This document shows positions 1-9,626 of a DNA stretch of 64,000 nt, piece by piece. Made by a program: the position numbers and the translations under genes. Numbering within the stretch: position 1 is the stretch's first letter; each line of letters opens with the position of its first letter. This DNA comes from a bacterium HR24 (GTDB lineage: Bacteria > Chloroflexota > Dehalococcoidia > SM23-28-2 > HRBIN24): the NCBI GenBank assembly GCA_002898715.1, contig BEIA01000001.1, forward strand, positions 67,535-131,534, in the 5' to 3' direction. The notes beneath the pieces were generated by a model, which worked only from the letters and a program-made list of their open reading frames with translations, had not been told where the DNA came from and did no database searches.

Positions 1-1
1 T

Positions 2-136
2 ATCTTCACCGAGGCCGACGACCTCGATGAACTCCGGGCCATGGTGCGCGACGCCGTCCTCTGTCACTTCGATGAGGAGGACCGGCCGGCCGTGGTCCGC
101 CTCCACTTCGTCCACGACGAGCTCCTGGCCGTGTGA
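2..136 (+). CDS. HicB-like antitoxin, C-terminal fragment (5' end lies outside the window)
   Basis: Open frame from position 2 translates to ...ADDLDELRAMVRDAVLCHFDEEDRPAVVRLHFVHDELLAV*, with TGA at 134-136. It overlaps the downstream HicA start by 4 nt (GTGA), the classic HicB-HicA coupling. Confidence 0.4.
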   Translation: MFTEADDLDELRAMVRDAVLCHFDEEDRPAVVRLHFVHDELLAV

Positions 137-381
137 AGCTGCCACGTGACATATCCGGCGACCGGCTTGCCCGCTTCCTGCGAAAGTACGGGTACGAGCC
201 GACCCGGCAGACAGGCAGCCATATGCGGCTGACCTCCCGCCTTCGCGGCAGACCTCACCATATCACCATCCCTCGCCATCGCACCCTCGACCCCGGCACC
301 CTGGCAGCCATCTTGCGGGACGTGGCAGACTACCTCGGCCTGGACAGACAAGCCCTCTACCGGGAGCTGGCGGGCCGCTAG
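133..381 (+). CDS. hicA: HicA-family mRNA-interferase toxin (YcfA-like)
   Basis: 82 aa with a GTG start. It carries the HicA hallmarks ...FLRKYGYEPTRQTGSHMRL...ITIPRH...GTLAAILRD (GSH motif). Confidence 0.65.
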   Translation: MKLPRDISGDRLARFLRKYGYEPTRQTGSHMRLTSRLRGRPHHITIPRHRTLDPGTLAAILRDVADYLGLDRQALYRELAGR

Positions 382-424
382 AAAGGGATAGCGCCCCTCT
401 GCCTTCGGCACCGGGAAGTGCCCG

Positions 425-1000
425 GTGAAGGGCTACGTAGCCCGCACCCTGCTGCTGTCGCTCGTCCTCGTTGCCCTCGCCCGCGGCCGCACCCCGGCGG
501 AGGCGGCGGCAGCATCCGTACCCTGGCTCGCCACCGTGCCCACCCCACTGTGGGCTGCGGCGGGCCTCGCAGCGGGCATACTGCTGGCCGGCGCCGCCAG
601 GCTGTACCTGCGGCTGCCGGCGGCGCTGGGTGTCCAGGCAGCGCCCCGCCGTGACTTGCCCCGCGGGGCGCTGCCCCTCATCATCACCGCCGTGGCCATC
701 GGCCCCCTGGTGGAGGAGGCGACCGTGCGCGGATTCATCATGGGCGGCCTCCTCCTGCCGGTATGGGGGACGACAGGTGCACTCCTTCTCTCCTCCCTCA
801 TGTTCGGCCTCGCCCACCCGCTCCCCAGCATCCCCTGGGCCTGCGGCTGTGGGCTTGTGCTGGGGGGCCTCACCATCGCCTCCGGCACCATCTGGCCGGG
901 GGTGCTGGCCCACGCCCTCGTCAACGGCTGGGCCACGGCCCGGCTCCTGAGACAACGCAGGGGGGCATCGCAGCACCCATATGCTGCTGCCTGCCGGTGA
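425..1000 (+). CDS. CPBP-family intramembrane metalloprotease (CAAX protease / Abi)
   Basis: 191 aa, multi-TM. It has all three CPBP motifs: EEATVRG (EExxxR), FGLAH (FxxxH) and HALVN (HxxxN). Confidence 0.7.
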   Translation: MKGYVARTLLLSLVLVALARGRTPAEAAAASVPWLATVPTPLWAAAGLAAGILLAGAARLYLRLPAALGVQAAPRRDLPRGALPLIITAVAIGPLVEEATVRGFIMGGLLLPVWGTTGALLLSSLMFGLAHPLPSIPWACGCGLVLGGLTIASGTIWPGVLAHALVNGWATARLLRQRRGASQHPYAAACR

Positions 1001-1009
1001 GAAAGGAGG

Positions 1010-1606
1010 ATGAGAGCAGTGAAAATCATCTACATCCGTGACCACTCCGTCTACGAGGCCTTCCAGAAGTACGGCCTCGACGACGGAGATTCCCCCTTCG
1101 CCGGCCTGGTGCTGGGCCGGGTCATCTCCGTCCTGGAGGACCTGGGATGCCAGGTTGTCCAGATGGGCGGCCTCCACAACCAGGCTATCGCCATGCTCAC
1201 CCTGCCCGACGGCCGCAGCGTGGACGTGGCCGGCGTGGCGGAGAGCATGGGCCTCGACATCGAGGACGGCCCCGAGGCCGTCCGCCAGGCCCTCCTCTCG
1301 GCAGGGCTGCAGGACGTGGTGGAGGCCCTCGACCGCCTCGACCAGACGGAGATATCTGGGATGGGCGGGGGTGACCTCCCCTCCGTCGTCCTCCTGCGCC
1401 ACCCCAACCAGGGGGACGTCATGGACGTCCGCCTCTTCCCCTCTCCGGCGGCCGCTGCCCGGTTCGTCCTGGCTGCCCAGGAGGAGGGGGAGGACGTCGA
1501 GCTCCTGGCACCCCTGCCGCCGGGCGAGCGCACCATGACCCGCCGCTACTGCCAGGTCCTGGACGAGGAGGATGTGGAGCGGCTCGCCGGCCGGGAGGAG
1601 GACTGA
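1010..1606 (+). CDS. hypothetical protein, paralog A (duplicated family with 2296..2865)
   Basis: RBS gaaaggaggatgag. It is about 50% identical to the ORF at 2296..2865 (shared YEAFQxYGLDDGD...PEAVRQALLxAGLxDVVEALDxLDQ...RHPNxGDV...AAARF). No recognisable family. Confidence 0.55.
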   Translation: MRAVKIIYIRDHSVYEAFQKYGLDDGDSPFAGLVLGRVISVLEDLGCQVVQMGGLHNQAIAMLTLPDGRSVDVAGVAESMGLDIEDGPEAVRQALLSAGLQDVVEALDRLDQTEISGMGGGDLPSVVLLRHPNQGDVMDVRLFPSPAAAARFVLAAQEEGEDVELLAPLPPGERTMTRRYCQVLDEEDVERLAGREED

Positions 1607-2280
1607 TGTGGGTCCCCATCTCCTCCCTGGATGATATCCGTTCCCACCTGCCCGAAGGGCAAAGATCCCGCCTTCAACTCGCGGACGGCAAGACCGTCCG
1701 CATCGCTCACTCGCCGGGGGGCGGCATCTTCGAGTTCCTGCCACGGTCTCCCAAGTACGGCCACCGGCACCATCGGTGGCCGCCCCACTGGGGGGCCACG
1801 GCGAGGCTCGAGCTCCCCACCCCCTCGGCGGTGCGCCGGCTGCGCCCCCTCGCTGCCGCCGTCCGGTGCATCACCCGCTACGCTCCGCCGGGTGTCTGGC
1901 CCGAGCTCCAGGAGGAGGCACGGGCCGTGCTGCCCTATCTGGACGAGCTGACAAGGCTCGCCTCTCGGGAAGGGTGGCAAGCGTGCGGGAAGGCGCTCCA
2001 GGCCCTGGGAGTGAAGCACCTTCTCGAGACCCGCGGGGTCACGACCCTGCGCTCCCAGGGTTGCCCGGAGCACGTCCTCCAGGACGTCCAGGAGCGCTTC
2101 TCCCGCCGGGAGGCGATAGAGGCCTCCTGGCAGGGGAAGTATGACTGCTCCGTGCTCGCCCGCCCGGCGGACGAGCAGGGGTACCGGCCGTCGCTCGCCA
2201 CCGAGTACCGGGGGCTGGGCAACGGGCACTACTGGGCCCTCGTGAACGGCTTCCATGCCGTCCACCTGGAGACCGACTAG
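1606..2280 (+). CDS. hypothetical protein
   Basis: TGATG stop/start overlap with the upstream gene. 224 aa with a non-repetitive composition. Confidence 0.45.
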   Translation: MWVPISSLDDIRSHLPEGQRSRLQLADGKTVRIAHSPGGGIFEFLPRSPKYGHRHHRWPPHWGATARLELPTPSAVRRLRPLAAAVRCITRYAPPGVWPELQEEARAVLPYLDELTRLASREGWQACGKALQALGVKHLLETRGVTTLRSQGCPEHVLQDVQERFSRREAIEASWQGKYDCSVLARPADEQGYRPSLATEYRGLGNGHYWALVNGFHAVHLETD

Positions 2281-2295
2281 AAAGGAGGATGAGCG

Positions 2296-2865
2296 ATGGA
2301 GATCGCTTACCTCGACATTTTGTCGCCGTACGAGGCCTTCCAGCACTACGGCCTCGACGACGGCGACCACCCCTTGGCCTCCATGGTCATGGAGGCTGTG
2401 TTGGGGTGCCTGGCCGAGCTCGGCTACGACGCCGAGCAGGCCATGAGCATCCATAACCATGCCATCTACCTGCTACGCCGCCGCACCGACGGGCAGCAGG
2501 TAGACCTGGGGAGGGTGGCGGAGGAGCACGGCATCGACCTGGAGGAGAGCCCCGAGGCCGTCCGTCAGGCCTTGCTCGCGGCAGGGCTGACGGACGTGGT
2601 GGAGGCCCTGGACAAGCTGGACCAGGAGCGCCTCTGGCTCGGCCGGCTCCCGGCCGTGGTCATCGTCCGTCATCCCAACCGGGGTGACGTCCAGGACCTC
2701 CACCTCTTCGCCTCCCCTCAGGCGGCCGCCCGCTTCGCCCTCCAGCACGAGGGGGAGGACCTGGAGGTGGTAGTCCCCGTGCACGAGGAGGGGCAAGGCC
2801 ACACCCGCTACCGCCAGCTCCTCTGGGACGAGGAGCTAGAGGGCCTGGCCGGTAGCTCCGAGTAG
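2296..2865 (+). CDS. hypothetical protein, paralog B (duplicated family with 1010..1606)
   Basis: Identical RBS aaaggaggatgagcgATG. It is a paralog of 1010..1606. Confidence 0.55.
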   Translation: MEIAYLDILSPYEAFQHYGLDDGDHPLASMVMEAVLGCLAELGYDAEQAMSIHNHAIYLLRRRTDGQQVDLGRVAEEHGIDLEESPEAVRQALLAAGLTDVVEALDKLDQERLWLGRLPAVVIVRHPNRGDVQDLHLFASPQAAARFALQHEGEDLEVVVPVHEEGQGHTRYRQLLWDEELEGLAGSSE

Positions 2866-2884
2866 GCCGGCCTGGCCACAACCC

Positions 2885-4015
2885 ATGCAGATCGGTGAGG
2901 CGGCGGGGCTTCTGGGGGTCCAGCCCCGGGAGCTCCGCCCCTTCCGCGAGACCGACCCGTTCGGGGGCGTCGAGGTGGCGGGGTATATCTGCCGCCGGCC
3001 CGACCACCGTTACGGCGCCCTCGTCATCTACCACGCCGACGGCCCCACAGACGCCCAGGTCATCTACGGGACGCCCAAGATGGGCTACCCGTTCGACCGG
3101 GCCGGCCGCTGGGTCTTTCCGCCCGCTGCCCGCCTGGAGGCGTACGAGAAGCTGGACGGCACCAACGTGCTCGCCTTCAGCTACCGTGCCGCCTCCGGGA
3201 AGACGGTGGTCTCCTACAAGACCAGGCTCATGCCTTTCCTGGGAGACCGCCGTATGGGCAGCTTCCTCGCCATGTGGCGGCGCCTCCTGGGGGAGAACCC
3301 CGGCATCGAGGGGTGGGTCAGGGAGACGGGGCTCTCGGCATCCTTCGAGATGTACGGGAGCGCCAACCGCCACCTCATCGATTACCGGGTGCCCCTGGCG
3401 GCGGCCTTCCTCTTCGCCGTCACCGCCGACGGCAAGCACCTGCCACCGTCGGCCCTCCCCAGCACACCCGCCCGGCCGGCGCCCCTCCTCCTGGCGGCCT
3501 CCTCCCCGTCGGACCTGCGTAGCCTCTACGAGCAGCAGCGGGAGGAGATGGGCCGGCAGCTCCGGGAGACCGATGAGGGCCTCGCCGGCATGGAGGGGGC
3601 CGTCTGGTACCTCCTCACGCCCGGCGGGACGTGGCGCCTGCTCAAGCTGAAGGCACCCCAGGTCGAGGAGATACACTTCGCCGAGGGCGCCCACATCAGC
3701 AGGGAAGCGGTGCGCCACGCCTGCTACCGGGCCATGGAGGACGGCGCCCTCACCGTGCAGGCGGTGGAGCAGCTCCTCCTGGAGGACTGGGAAGAGCCGG
3801 AGGTGAGAGCCTCTGCCGCGCTTATCGAGAGGGTGGTGGCAGAGGTGGAGCGGGAGGAGGCGTTCCGCCAGGAGGTGCTCGCCGCCTACCGCTCCCTCGG
3901 CCTCCGCCTCCAGGACGACCGGGGCGGCGTCATGCGCACCCTCTCGGGCCGGTTCCCCAAGGCGATGATGCGCCGCGTCTACCGCATCGTCGCCGACCAC
4001 GAGGGCCTGCTGTGA
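2885..4015 (+). CDS. ATP-dependent RNA ligase, Rnl2-like nucleotidyltransferase
   Basis: Motif I AYEKLDGTN (the KxDG adenylyl-lysine site; compare T4 Rnl2 KIHGTN). Motif III-like SFEMYG, motif IV-like EGAVWYL and motif V-like LKLKAP follow in the right order. Confidence 0.55.
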   Translation: MQIGEAAGLLGVQPRELRPFRETDPFGGVEVAGYICRRPDHRYGALVIYHADGPTDAQVIYGTPKMGYPFDRAGRWVFPPAARLEAYEKLDGTNVLAFSYRAASGKTVVSYKTRLMPFLGDRRMGSFLAMWRRLLGENPGIEGWVRETGLSASFEMYGSANRHLIDYRVPLAAAFLFAVTADGKHLPPSALPSTPARPAPLLLAASSPSDLRSLYEQQREEMGRQLRETDEGLAGMEGAVWYLLTPGGTWRLLKLKAPQVEEIHFAEGAHISREAVRHACYRAMEDGALTVQAVEQLLLEDWEEPEVRASAALIERVVAEVEREEAFRQEVLAAYRSLGLRLQDDRGGVMRTLSGRFPKAMMRRVYRIVADHEGLL

Positions 4016-4019
4016 AAGG

Positions 4020-4505
4020 GTGGCCATGACTGCTGCCCCGGCCCTTGGCTTCCTGCAGGCCATCCTCGCGCCTGCCTCCGCCACCCTAAGGGAGGTGGCC
4101 CAGGCCCTCCTCGCCACCGCCGGCACGCCGGCAGCCGCCCCCCTGGCGGGGGAGCTGCACAGGCGCCTGCACCCCGATGGCAACCTGTGGCCCTGCCGGC
4201 GCTGCGCCCACCCGGGCGAGCGCCTCATGGCCCTGCTCACACCCCTCCCGCAGGAGCAGGCCCTGTCAGAGGGGCCCGTAGCCAGGGCCCTCAGGGCCTA
4301 CGAGGCCTGCAGGAGCGCCGTGCTCCCGCGGGCTGCTGTCCTCTTCCGGGCAGCAGCCGTCCTCGCCCTCACCGGGCAGCTCCAGCAGGCAGCCCTCACG
4401 GCCGCCGTCGCCCACGACAACCGGCCGGGACACAGCCCAGGCTGGTGCCCCCGGTGCGAGGAGCTGCTGCGAGAAGCCCCGGCTAGCGATGACAGGAGGA
4501 GGTGA
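4020..4505 (+). CDS. hypothetical protein with CxxC...CxxC pairs
   Basis: 161 aa containing CRRCAHPGE...CPRCEELL. Confidence 0.35.
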   Translation: MAMTAAPALGFLQAILAPASATLREVAQALLATAGTPAAAPLAGELHRRLHPDGNLWPCRRCAHPGERLMALLTPLPQEQALSEGPVARALRAYEACRSAVLPRAAVLFRAAAVLALTGQLQQAALTAAVAHDNRPGHSPGWCPRCEELLREAPASDDRRR

Positions 4506-4509
4506 GACC

Positions 4510-4851
4510 ATGGCCTATATCCGCCCGGAGACCACCCTCGACGAGGTCCTTTGCCGCTACCCGAGGCTCGCCGCCCACCTGATCTGTGAGAGCCTCGGCT
4601 ACTTCACCCCCCACGCCGCCGCCAACGCCATCAAACGCCACGCCCTCGGCAGGCCCTTCGCCTGCGAGTGGTACGTGCACATGGCAGGGTGGGGCAGGGA
4701 TGCGCTGGTGGAGGTCAACCGGCAGACGATCGCGGCCGCCTTCCGCCACCGGGGTCGTCACCAGGGGTTCATGGCCGACTACCGGCAGGCGCGGGAGCTT
4801 GTGCGCGAGGCCCTCGCCGGCAAGGCCCCCGAGCTGGCATCCTGGTTCTAG
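4510..4851 (+). CDS. hypothetical protein
   Basis: RBS aggaggaggtgagaccATG. 113 aa. Confidence 0.45.
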   Translation: MAYIRPETTLDEVLCRYPRLAAHLICESLGYFTPHAAANAIKRHALGRPFACEWYVHMAGWGRDALVEVNRQTIAAAFRHRGRHQGFMADYRQARELVREALAGKAPELASWF

Positions 4852-4862
4852 GAGGCCGGCTC

Positions 4863-5252
4863 GTGTTGAACAAGATCATCGTCATTGGCCGTCTCGGGAC
4901 AGACCCCGAGATGCGCTTCAGCGCCGCCGGCAACTCCATGACCACCTTCCGGCTGGCGGTGACCACCCGCGAGCGGAGGGCCGATGGCGAGATGGCGGAC
5001 CACACCGAGTGGTTCACCGTCATCGTCTTCGGCGCACAGGCCGACCTCTGCCACCTCTGGCTCCAAAAGGGACGCCTCGTCTTCGTGGAGGGGCGCCTCC
5101 GCTCACGCTCCTTCCAGGGGAAGGACGGCGTCACCCGCCACGTGAACGAGATCATCGCCTCCCGGGTCGTCTTCCTCGACAGGACTGCCGGCGCCCAGGA
5201 AGGGCCGCCGGCCGGCGAGGGAGAGGCCCCGGCCGATGAGCTCCCCTTCTAG
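4863..5252 (+). CDS. ssb: single-stranded DNA-binding protein
   Basis: (M)LNKIIVIGRLGTDPEMRF...OB-fold...acidic tail ending DELPF. GGAGG lies 7-10 nt upstream. The start is GTG at 4863 or TTG at 4866. Confidence 0.8.
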   Translation: MLNKIIVIGRLGTDPEMRFSAAGNSMTTFRLAVTTRERRADGEMADHTEWFTVIVFGAQADLCHLWLQKGRLVFVEGRLRSRSFQGKDGVTRHVNEIIASRVVFLDRTAGAQEGPPAGEGEAPADELPF

Positions 5253-5657
5253 CCAGAAGGGTAGGCAGCGGCCACGCTGCCCCTGCTGCCGCCAGGCCCT
5301 CACGTTGCTTGCTGCCGCCGGCACGGGCAGCAGCCCCTCCATCGAGTGGTGGGGCTGCACCCGGTGCGGCACCATGCGGCGCCGCTCCCGGCCGCCGGGG
5401 GCAAAGAGGGCCACCACCACCGAGATGGGGCTGGGGGAAGCCCTGCTCCTGGCGCGCCACCTCCACGCCTGCACGGAGGGCATGGAGGCGTCGAGGGGCG
5501 ACAGGGTTGCCCTGGCCCGCATCATTATCGCCCGGCTCGGGGATGATGCCGAGGTGGCAAGGCTCCCCGACTGGGCTATCCCCCACCTGGCATGGGCTGC
5601 CGCCACAGGGGGCCCTGCCCAGGATGGCTGCCGAGAACGGATAAGGAGGTGAGAGCC

Positions 5658-5903
5658 ATGACCATCGCTCCCTGCTCCCTCTGCTCCTCCCACCACCTGA
5701 CTGTCACCTCCACCCGCGAGTGCACCATCGTCGAGGAGGTGACGGCCGAAGGCGACTGCCCCACAGTGCAGTCGCGGCGCCTCATAGCCATAGGGCGCCA
5801 CCTGCTGCCGGCAAGGGCCGAGTGTCGCCGCTGCGGCCACTCCTGGTGGGTAGCAGGGCCGGCGCCCATGCCCTCACCATCTGCCCCCGTCGCCCTGCGA
5901 TGA
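5658..5903 (+). CDS. small zinc-ribbon protein
   Basis: RBS aaggaggtgagagccATG. 81 aa with CSLC...CRRCGH. Confidence 0.4.
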   Translation: MTIAPCSLCSSHHLTVTSTRECTIVEEVTAEGDCPTVQSRRLIAIGRHLLPARAECRRCGHSWWVAGPAPMPSPSAPVALR

Positions 5904-6091
5904 GGGCACCAGAGCTGCTGACGCTGTCGTGCACTTGCCCCCTCCTCGCCTCGTCCCTCGTCCTGCACCTGCCCCTCCCGGCAGCCGTGTGGGCCGAGAC
6001 CGTCGAGGTCGAGGAAGAGGGCAGCAGCCCCACAGGACTACACAAAGAGGTGCAGGGATAGACCGTTGCGCCCGGCTACATAAGACAGGAG

Positions 6092-6277
6092 GTGGTAGAG
6101 ATGGAGAAAGAGATGGAGAAGCCGACCTGCCCCAACTGCCGTGCCCCCCTCGTGCAGGTGGGGGAGCCCGAGCACGTGGTGGACCAGTTCGAGAGCTCCC
6201 TCATCTACCTGTACCGCTGCCCCCGCTGCCGCCGCAAGTTTGAGTACGTCAGCACCTGGCGGGAGCTGACGGAATAG
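6092..6277 (+). CDS. small zinc-ribbon protein
   Basis: RBS aggaggtggtagagATG. 61 aa with CPNC...CPRC. Confidence 0.5.
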   Translation: MVEMEKEMEKPTCPNCRAPLVQVGEPEHVVDQFESSLIYLYRCPRCRRKFEYVSTWRELTE

Positions 6278-6309
6278 AACTGCCGCCTGGCTATCCAGGG
6301 GGTGAGGAC

Positions 6310-6696
6310 GTGGAGCAGTTCGACGTCCTCCAGGCCGCCGAGGAGGTGGCGCGCGCCCGGTGGGAGAGCCGCACCGCCATCGCCCACCGGCGGGCCGCCC
6401 TCCTCCTGCGCATCATCCGTCACCTCGGAGCCTTGGGCGAGGCAGCTGTGACCGTCTCCATGGCGGCCGACCTCGCGGGCTACCCCGACCAGGGGCGGGC
6501 TGCCCTTCTCATCGTCGCCGCCATGGCCAGCGATGTCCTCGCCCAGGTGGGGAGTGTCCTACACCTGGACCGAGAGAGGATGGCGCGCCTGCTGGATCTG
6601 TGCATCCGGTGCGGTGAGCGCCGCTCCATTGCCTATATCCACTTCAGGGAGATAGGCGCCGCCATCCGGGCCCTTGCCGCCGAGGAAGAACGGTAA
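6310..6696 (+). CDS. hypothetical protein
   Basis: 128 aa. Its stop overlaps the next start (TAATG). Confidence 0.45.
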   Translation: MEQFDVLQAAEEVARARWESRTAIAHRRAALLLRIIRHLGALGEAAVTVSMAADLAGYPDQGRAALLIVAAMASDVLAQVGSVLHLDRERMARLLDLCIRCGERRSIAYIHFREIGAAIRALAAEEER

Positions 6697-7100
6697 TGGA
6701 GTCCCTGGAGTCAGTCCTCTGGCTCCTGGGCGAGGGGGCGGCCTACTTGACCACGCTCCCCCACGCCGCTCCTGCTCTGCGAAAGTACGTCGACCGGGAG
6801 GTGTGGGTGGGCACAGGCCCCAGCGCCGCCTGCTACATCATGCCGGCGCGGCAGGCGGCCATCGCCGTCGAGTACACCGCCGCCGAGGGCTCGCCCCAGG
6901 AGGCGCATTTCCGGCGGCTGGTGGAAGAGGGGCGCCGGTCGCCGGTCAAGTTCGTGGCCGCCGTCTCGCCGACCGCAGTGGTCACCGTGAACGTCTACCG
7001 GGCCATCGTGCTGCGGCGAGACCGGCGCCGGTTCGAGGCCTGGGCACGCCACCTCCTGGGGCGAGAGGTCTGGCAGGCCATCAGGGCCAGGCAGCCATGA
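6696..7100 (+). CDS. hypothetical protein
   Basis: 134 aa, coupled to its neighbours. Confidence 0.45.
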   Translation: MESLESVLWLLGEGAAYLTTLPHAAPALRKYVDREVWVGTGPSAACYIMPARQAAIAVEYTAAEGSPQEAHFRRLVEEGRRSPVKFVAAVSPTAVVTVNVYRAIVLRRDRRRFEAWARHLLGREVWQAIRARQP

Positions 7101-7101
7101 A

Positions 7102-7638
7102 ATGAAAGAAAGATACCTCTATCCCCACATCGACGCCCTGGCCCTCTTCGATGCCGTCCGCCAGGGCTTGGGAGAGGGGAGCGTCTCCCCCTCCTGGCGC
7201 GAGCAGTCGGAGGCCGCCCTCGCCGAGGCCTCGTCCATGCTCGGCCTCCTCGCCTCCCTCAGCGGGGCGCCGGTGAGCATCCACCCCATCACCACCCAGG
7301 AGGGGGGAGTGCAGCGCTGGCTGCTGCGCCGCCTCCTGGAGGTCCCCCTGGGACTTGCCATGGGCGACATCCGGGGCTGCGAGCACGTGGAGAAGGGCGC
7401 CGGCCCCATCGCCGTCCTGGCCGTCGCCTGGTCGCGGCGGATCGTCTGCCTCTCCAGGGAGTGCTTCGAGCGCTACCTGGAGGAGCTGCGGCCCCACGGC
7501 GAGGAGATGGCCTGTGACCGCTGCGGCACCCACGTTCCCCCGCCGGGGCCACGTACGGCCATGGCCCAGCTGGGCCATACCATCCTCGTGGCCGGCCTGT
7601 GCCAGGAGTGCCTCGGGGCAGGCACGCAGGCCGGATAG
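7102..7638 (+). CDS. hypothetical protein (C-terminal CxxC pairs)
   Basis: 178 aa containing CDRCG...CQEC. Confidence 0.45.
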   Translation: MKERYLYPHIDALALFDAVRQGLGEGSVSPSWREQSEAALAEASSMLGLLASLSGAPVSIHPITTQEGGVQRWLLRRLLEVPLGLAMGDIRGCEHVEKGAGPIAVLAVAWSRRIVCLSRECFERYLEELRPHGEEMACDRCGTHVPPPGPRTAMAQLGHTILVAGLCQECLGAGTQAG

Positions 7639-7863
7639 CGCGGCCCGGCGTCGCATCACGGGCGGCAAGATGTTACCATGAGGACGCAATGATGCCGCAC
7701 GACCACGCCGCCCTGGAACGGGCACAGCGCCGCTGGGAGGCAGGCCTCAGCGTCGACCGCCGCCTGGAGCTGTTGGCGGAGATACTGGTCGTCTGCCGTG
7801 CCCTGGGCATCCTCCCATACCGTGACGCCTGGTGCGGCGTCGACGAGAAGGTGAGGCTCGCCC

Positions 7864-8436
7864 GTGCCCTCAAGCAGCCCTGGCTCCCTCCTCGCCAGGC
7901 TTGCTCAGGCCCTCGATGAGGCCGGGTTCCGCTACGCCGTCACGGGCGGCCAGGCGCTCCTCCTCCACAGCCGGCCGCGGACAACCCTAGATGTGGACAT
8001 CACCGTGGCCGGCTACCCCGAGGATGCGGGCCGGCTGGTCGGGGTGCTCACAGCTGCCGGCATCACCCCCCTCCCCGATGACCCCCTCACCTTCGCCCGC
8101 CGGCACTACGTCATCCCCTGCCTGGATGGCGCTACAGGGCTCCGGGTCGATGTGACCATCGCCTTCACCCCATACGAGATGGAGGCCCTGGCACGCGCCG
8201 TCACGGTGCCGGTGATGGGCTACCCTGTGCGCTACCTGGCGCCCGAGGACCTCCTGGTGCACAAGCTGGTGGCCTGGCGACCCCAGGACCGCGTCGATGC
8301 CCAGGAGCTGCTGCGGGCGCAGCCCCACATGGACCTGGCATACGTGCGGCGCTGGCTGCGGGAGTTCGAAAAAGCCCTCGGCACGCCGCTGCGGGCCAGG
8401 CTGAACAGGCTGCTGCGCCACATCCGCTCCTCCTGA
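7864..8436 (+). CDS. minimal nucleotidyltransferase (MNT)-fold protein
   Basis: FRYAVTGGQALLLHSRPRTTLDVDITV matches the GG/GS...D.D polymerase-beta-type NTase signature. A small ORF (about 7690..7919) sits upstream in another frame. Confidence 0.4.
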   Translation: MPSSSPGSLLARLAQALDEAGFRYAVTGGQALLLHSRPRTTLDVDITVAGYPEDAGRLVGVLTAAGITPLPDDPLTFARRHYVIPCLDGATGLRVDVTIAFTPYEMEALARAVTVPVMGYPVRYLAPEDLLVHKLVAWRPQDRVDAQELLRAQPHMDLAYVRRWLREFEKALGTPLRARLNRLLRHIRSS

Positions 8437-8487
8437 ACCCCGATCCCTCGCTCCCAAATGACATCTCCCCAGAGGAGGTGAGGGCCC

Positions 8488-8967
8488 ATGCATCCCTCCG
8501 ACACCGACACCCTACCCTGCCCCCTCTGTGAGGGGCGCCGCCCCCGCTGCCACCTCTGCGACGGCAGCGGCACGGTGACGCCGGCGCTGGAGCGGATCTA
8601 CTCCGCCGAGCGCCTGGCGAGAGTCCTCGCCCCCGAGTGGCGCGGCGCCGACGACCGGCAGCGGCCAGGAGTGGCCACCTTCTCCCTGGCCACCTACTAC
8701 CGGCGCCGCCGCTTCCTGCGGGGCAAGGTTGTCGCTGCCAGGGGCCGGCCCGTCCACGACGGGGCCTTCGGCATCGTCGAGCTCCTAGACAAGGACGGCC
8801 GGCCTCTCATCACCCTACACGGGCTTGCCTGGGGCTACGTCGGTGAAGGCCCGGCAGGGCTCGCCAACGTCCTCGCCGATGCCCTGCCCCACTTCTTCCC
8901 GACCACCGACGACGCCCGGCAGTTCGTCCTGTCCCTGCCCCAGAACAACCTCTGGAGGGTCCCATGA
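8488..8967 (+). CDS. hypothetical protein with N-terminal zinc ribbon
   Basis: RBS agaggaggtgagggcccATG. CPLCEG...CHLCDG. Confidence 0.5.
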   Translation: MHPSDTDTLPCPLCEGRRPRCHLCDGSGTVTPALERIYSAERLARVLAPEWRGADDRQRPGVATFSLATYYRRRRFLRGKVVAARGRPVHDGAFGIVELLDKDGRPLITLHGLAWGYVGEGPAGLANVLADALPHFFPTTDDARQFVLSLPQNNLWRVP

Positions 8968-9440
8968 GGCTGCCCCCCTTCCGGCGCAGGGGCCGCCTGC
9001 CACAGCAGCTCATGCCGCAGGCGGACCGGGTCGCCTGGCCCCTCGCCGGGCGCCTGGCCGAGACCATCGGCCCCTGCCTGGCAGGGGCCTACGTCCTCTA
9101 CCTGGAGGAGGAGGGCCCGATGGGCATGGCCCGGCTGCGGGAATGGGCCCTCGAGAGGCTGGCAGAACTCATCGCAGCCCCTACGAGGACCTGCCCCCAC
9201 GCAGCCCAGGGCAACACCCTACCCGTCCTGGCATGCGCCTGGCAGGGCGCCCTCTCCTGCGCCGACGCAGGGTGCATGGCCCAGATGACCGCCTTTCCCG
9301 AGGGCGACGAGGGGCAGCGCTGCGACGGCTGCCGCCGCATCGGCAGCGACGTGCCGGCTGCCGTCATCGTCGCCTCGGGAGGCGCCCTCCTCCTGACCAG
9401 GCTCTGCCCGGTCTGCCGCAGGGACCTGGCCATCGCCTAA
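8964..9440 (+). CDS. hypothetical protein
   Basis: ATGA overlap with the upstream gene. Cys-rich C-terminal region (CDGCRR...CPVCRR). Confidence 0.4.
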   Translation: MRLPPFRRRGRLPQQLMPQADRVAWPLAGRLAETIGPCLAGAYVLYLEEEGPMGMARLREWALERLAELIAAPTRTCPHAAQGNTLPVLACAWQGALSCADAGCMAQMTAFPEGDEGQRCDGCRRIGSDVPAAVIVASGGALLLTRLCPVCRRDLAIA

Positions 9441-9626
9441 CGGACAGGGAGGTGAGATATTGCGCACAATGCCTCATATCACCATCACCACCTCCGAGTG
9501 GGGCAAGACGGCTGCCTGCTCCTGCGGCTGGCAGGCAGCCGTCCCCGACCCCACCCCTGCCGGCGACGCCCACCTCATGGCCATGGTGGACTCCCACCTG
9601 GAGGCCCACCGGCGGGAGGCAGCGCC

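Noticed and set aside
263-1744. 493-aa minus-strand ORF (and similar long minus ORFs 2660..4240, 5103..5840, 9474..10121, 14041..14917, 16819..17982, 23119..25005, 28848..30239, 38014..39777, 40630..42156, 59124..61970)
   Set aside because: They are Arg/Gly/Pro-rich low-complexity translations antisense to well-supported plus-strand genes (nrdJ, uvrD, the giant protein, herA/sbcD). This is the typical open-frame artefact of 70% GC DNA. They have no RBS and no motifs.
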